In this document: in pieces, positions 18,001 through 19,699 of the stretch | How the letters are laid out: each line of letters opens with the position of its first letter | Numbering within the stretch: the stretch's first letter is position 1 | Assembly (NCBI GenBank): GCA_029561555.1 | Contig: JAKQXH010000095.1 | Span: forward strand, 10,124-74,123 | DNA: 64,000 bases | Reading direction: 5' to 3' | From: Candidatus Omnitrophota bacterium | GTDB lineage: Bacteria; Omnitrophota; Omnitrophia; Omnitrophales; Omnitrophaceae | The notes under the pieces: model-generated | Databases searched by the model: none | Told to the model about the DNA's origin: nothing | The model's input: the letters and a program-made list of their open reading frames with translations, nothing else | Translations under genes and position numbers: made by a program

Positions 18001-19063
18001 AACTTTTCCGTGCCGCCCATTTTGAAAAATTCGGATACTGCCGGAAGTCAATCCCGCCTTTCGCGCTCTCATAAAGTTTCTCGAGAAGAAATCTGGGATT
18101 TTCGCCCGCTTCCGTTCCGGTTTGCGCCTTTAACTTCCGGAACGCTTTCAGCAATTTCCCGTTCACCTTCCCCTTCAAAGCCCCCTCCAGCGCATCCGCT
18201 TCTTCGCGGACCCTCAAAACATCCAGCGATGATTCCAATTCCTTCATTTTCAGGATCCGGACCAGAGAGGGATACTCGTCCTGCCAGGCGGGATCTTTTA
18301 AATCCAGCGACAGAAATCTCTCCGAAAATTTGCAAAGCACTTTCAGAAATTCCAGAATGTCTTTCGAGTCCGACTCCTCATACCGCCGCCACGATCTGAC
18401 AAACGCCCGCAACGCTCCGGTCAACCGGCGGTGTTCCGCGTCTCGCAATGCCGCATGAATACCCCTGAAAAATTCCTCCCGTTCGTCTCCCCGGCCGACC
18501 ACCGCCCGAAACAAATCGATGTCCTTCCGGTACAATCCGGCGTCTTCGATCCCATGCGCCCGCACGCCGTCCGTTTCCCCTTTTCTGAAAAAGCTTTCCG
18601 CCAGGAGGAACTTTTCCATCCCGTTGGAATGCCCTTGCTTCATCAGCGAGTCAATGACTTCAAGATTCCAGGAAACCTCCTTGAAGAAGTGGAATTTTTC
18701 CGGGCGGAGTTCTCCGGTAGAACCTTCCAAAAAGAACTGGCGAATGCCGTAATGCGCCCGGAGATAACTCAGAATTTTTTCAATATTCCGCTGGGCTTCC
18801 GGGTTTCCGTGAGCGTCCTGAATCTGAATGATCAGACCGGAATCCGAGGCAGGATAGTGGGAACACTGAATCTCACCCAAACGGGAAGGAATTTCGATCT
18901 CTACCGGGACGGCCTGAAATTCTTTCGGACCGTTTTGCAGCTGCAAAACGGGAGCCGCATAAGACACGGTCTGAACGAGAAAAGTAATAATTGCCAGGCA
19001 GGAAATAATCCGCCGGAATTTTCTGAAAAACCGTTTTTCGGAATCTAAAGTTTTGGGGCTCAT
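1..19063 (-). CDS. Giant multidomain protein with N-terminal Sec signal/anchor. Partial: the C-terminus lies beyond the left window edge, with >=6354 aa in the window.
   Basis: Manual reverse-complement translation. ATG at 19063-19061, in-frame TAA upstream at 19117-19115, and no ATG/GTG/TTG between them. The frame has the codon top coordinate = 1 mod 3. I read all in-frame plus-strand triplets from 2-4 up to 19061-19063 and none is TTA/CTA/TCA (= TAA/TAG/TGA on minus). N-terminus [45 protein letters not shown]. Left-edge peptide ...[40 protein letters not shown]. The ORF track has no minus-strand entry in this frame anywhere in 1-19063. The other five frames give only short R/P/S/F-rich ORFs. 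Many textbook domain motifs occur in this single frame (see domain features). Confidence 0.92.
   Translation of the reverse strand, partial: [6354 protein letters not shown]
480..900 (-). other. Giant ORF domain: class I SAM-dependent methyltransferase
   Basis: [50 protein letters not shown]...[13 protein letters not shown]...[15 protein letters not shown]. Motif I is VLDIGTGSG (786-812). An acidic post-I residue and the post-III PGG are present. Confidence 0.75.
2210..2740 (-). other. Giant ORF domain: monotopic phosphoglycosyl transferase (bacterial sugar transferase, WbaP/PglC-type)
   Basis: Checked for 2461-2760. Re-entrant helix [23 protein letters not shown], then [27 protein letters not shown]...[28 protein letters not shown]...RRPGF. 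All signature motifs are present (KFRTM, DELPQL.NV, GPRP). Confidence 0.8.
2830..3990 (-). other. Giant ORF domain: three tandem YjgF/RidA-like repeats (FkbO/Hyg5/XanB2 chorismatase-like architecture)
   Basis: Repeat 1: [38 protein letters not shown]. Repeat 2: [36 protein letters not shown]. Repeat 3 (checked for 2881-3180): [68 protein letters not shown]...[16 protein letters not shown].G and the terminal E.E.iA are typical of this fold. Confidence 0.5.
4250..5150 (-). other. Giant ORF domain: HAD-IIB-type phosphatase motifs in permuted order
   Basis: Motif III/IV-like [12 protein letters not shown]...[25 protein letters not shown] (about 4925-5090) lies N-terminal to motif I [15 protein letters not shown] (DIDGTL about 4640-4657, checked) and motif II [10 protein letters not shown] (about 4521-4558). 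Confidence 0.55.
5450..5900 (-). other. Giant ORF domain: protein-kinase-like/APH-like fold (weak)
   Basis: [27 protein letters not shown] resembles a catalytic loop (D-x-x-x-x-N) followed by a DFG-like metal-binding motif. The upstream beta-rich segment [17 protein letters not shown] could be the N-lobe. Speculative. Confidence 0.25.
6160..6572 (-). other. Giant ORF: internal transmembrane segments (1 + 2)
   Basis: [21 protein letters not shown] (about 6519-6572) and [41 protein letters not shown] (about 6160-6290). Both are long uncharged hydrophobic stretches flanked by basic residues. Confidence 0.6.
8480..9100 (-). other. Giant ORF domain: CheR-like SAM-dependent methyltransferase (tentative)
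   Basis: [21 protein letters not shown] (compare CheR iWsaGCStGEEpYSlA), ...[55 protein letters not shown] (compare hnLl...fDlIfCRNVlIYF...L.pGG.L). Checked for 8941-9120. Confidence 0.5.
9540..9830 (-). other. Giant ORF domain: second, degenerate HATPase_c-like fold
   Basis: [47 protein letters not shown]...[35 protein letters not shown]. It has the kinase-ATPase topology and the C-terminal GG.I....G....I.FP pattern but lacks DxGxG. Likely a pseudo-ATPase. Confidence 0.3.
10890..11800 (-). other. Giant ORF domain: histidine-kinase-type core (helical region + GHKL/HATPase_c)
   Basis: Translation checked codon by codon for 10861-11220: [23 protein letters not shown] (N box) ... [21 protein letters not shown] (G1) ... 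[41 protein letters not shown] (G2). The upstream helical segment (about 11300-11800) may be a DHp. The H-box is not canonical. Confidence 0.8.
11900..12275 (-). other. Giant ORF domain: receiver (REC)-like domain 2 (divergent)
   Basis: [47 protein letters not shown]...[10 protein letters not shown]...PFIFVSGSV. The DD pair, the D in LCDYEF and the S in VSGS follow REC spacing. Confidence 0.45.
12500..12850 (-). other. Giant ORF domain: receiver (REC)-like domain 1
   Basis: [58 protein letters not shown]...VVILSGED. It has the acidic pocket DDD, a candidate phospho-acceptor D in VDFQ, and a conserved S. Confidence 0.6.
12960..13270 (-). other. Giant ORF domain: cyclic-nucleotide-binding domain 2
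   Basis: [37 protein letters not shown]...[42 protein letters not shown] (FGEIAL...RTAT motif). Confidence 0.75.
13370..13690 (-). other. Giant ORF domain: cyclic-nucleotide-binding domain 1
   Basis: [103 protein letters not shown]. This is the classic CAP/Crp-effector pattern, including GELAL...R.ATV.A. Confidence 0.8.
13950..14420 (-). other. Giant ORF domain: metallo-beta-lactamase-fold-like with degenerate metal motif
   Basis: [52 protein letters not shown] ... [15 protein letters not shown] has the MBL strand/loop pattern. The HxHxDH position reads NNRLGKDS, so the domain is probably non-catalytic. Confidence 0.3.
15240..16870 (-). other. Giant ORF domain: adenosine/AMP-deaminase family (amidohydrolase fold)
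   Basis: All hallmark motifs occur in canonical order: [17 protein letters not shown] (about 16815-16850), [10 protein letters not shown] (about 16130-16160), TYHVGEDF (about 16013-16033), NRIGHG (15932-15946), IEANPTSN (15494-15514), [11 protein letters not shown] (TINTDD at 15359-15376). Confidence 0.8.
17520..18830 (-). other. Giant ORF domain: Tiki/TraB/ChaN/erythromycin-esterase-superfamily-like (tentative)
   Basis: Paired motifs [25 protein letters not shown] (DAHGNPEAQ at 18791-18817) and [16 protein letters not shown] (about 17575-17600). They resemble the N- and C-terminal GxH-type motifs of that superfamily. By-eye assignment only. Confidence 0.3.
18956..19063 (-). other. Giant ORF domain: Sec-type signal peptide or signal anchor
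   Basis: aa 1-36 are [36 protein letters not shown], followed by AP. There is a basic n-region (KRFFRKFRR), a ~12-aa hydrophobic core and a small-x-small c-region (S-Y-A). Confidence 0.6.
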
Positions 19064-19253
19064 TATTTGGATAATCGCCTTAAATAACAGTCTTTTTTTA
19101 TATGTAAAAAAAAGTTAACACATGAATGCCCCTTAGTCAAGATAACCAAGTGTATATATTCAAAATATTACATATACCAAGCCGAGATCGAAAACCCACG
19201 TATCCGATTGAATTTAAATAATTTAGGTATTCCTGTGCGAAAAGGGTCGTTTC

Positions 19254-19434
19254 GCTAAGCGAATTGGCGAAGGCTTTCTAGGAAGATCCGGGCGAAGCTT
19301 GAGAGGGGTGGCCGTAGCCCCGCCAAGCATCATAGCGGGAAATATCGGCGGGGCCCCCGAAAGTGAGCCCTTGATCTTCCAAAATCCGGAACCTCTGAGC
19401 GAAGCGAAACGATCTTTTCCCCCGCCCTTTTCCT
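19254..19434. repeat. Structured GC-rich intergenic repeat, copy A (~181 bp)
   Basis: gctaagcgaattggcgaaggctttctaggaagatccgggcgaagcttgagagg...gatcttttcccccgcccttttcct aligns with copy B 227 bp downstream at roughly 90 percent identity by eye. Internal complementary segments: GGAAGATC/GATCTTCC, AGAGG/CCTCT, GCCCCGCC/GGCGGGGC. Confidence 0.8.
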
Positions 19435-19480
19435 CCCGCTTTTATCTTTCCAAATCAAACCAACAGAAAAAGATCATTTT

Positions 19481-19663
19481 GCCAAGCGAATTGGCGAAGG
19501 ATTTCTAGGAAGATCCGGGCGAAGCTTGAGAGGGGGGGGGCCGTAGCCCCGCCGCGTATCATGGCGGGGAATATCGGCGGGCCCCCCTGAAAGTGAGCCC
19601 CTGATCTTCCAAAATCCGGAGCCTCTGAGCGAAGCAAAACGATCTTTGCATCCCCCTTTTCCT
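19481..19663. repeat. Structured GC-rich intergenic repeat, copy B (~183 bp)
   Basis: Direct repeat of copy A. It ends about 37 nt before the likely start (19700) of the oxidoreductase gene. The ORF-track start at 19646 lies inside it. Confidence 0.8.
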
Positions 19664-19699
19664 GTCGACTTGGCTTGGTTTTCGGGTAAGATACGAAAC

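Noticed and set aside
58-18399. About 90 plus-strand and off-frame minus-strand ORFs listed in the track across the first 19 kb (for example 15878..16957 + 359 aa, 14828..15649 +, 10466..11302 +, 9482..10303 +, 62..841 +).
   Set aside because: All overlap the giant minus-strand ORF in other frames. Their products are R/P/S/F/G-rich and low-complexity with no recognisable motifs, as expected for antisense or off-frame shadows of a GC-biased coding region.
1-19063. Alternative explanations for the giant ORF: stop-codon reassignment, a decayed pseudogene, or fused neighbouring genes.
   Set aside because: None of the three stop codons occurs in frame, so no reassignment is needed. Other genes in the window end normally on TAA, TGA or TAG. 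Domain motifs are intact, with no frameshifts. There are no inter-module start/RBS plus stop signatures. A chimeric assembly cannot be excluded from sequence alone and is listed as a check.
19254-19663. ZTP (pfl) riboswitch-like strings (TGGCGAA, CCGGGCG, CCCGCC) in the repeats upstream of the oxidoreductase gene.
   Set aside because: The 3' CCGCCTGGGC-type consensus is absent and differs between the two copies. The downstream gene is not purine- or folate-related. The tandem duplication argues for a repeat element. Needs Infernal to be certain.
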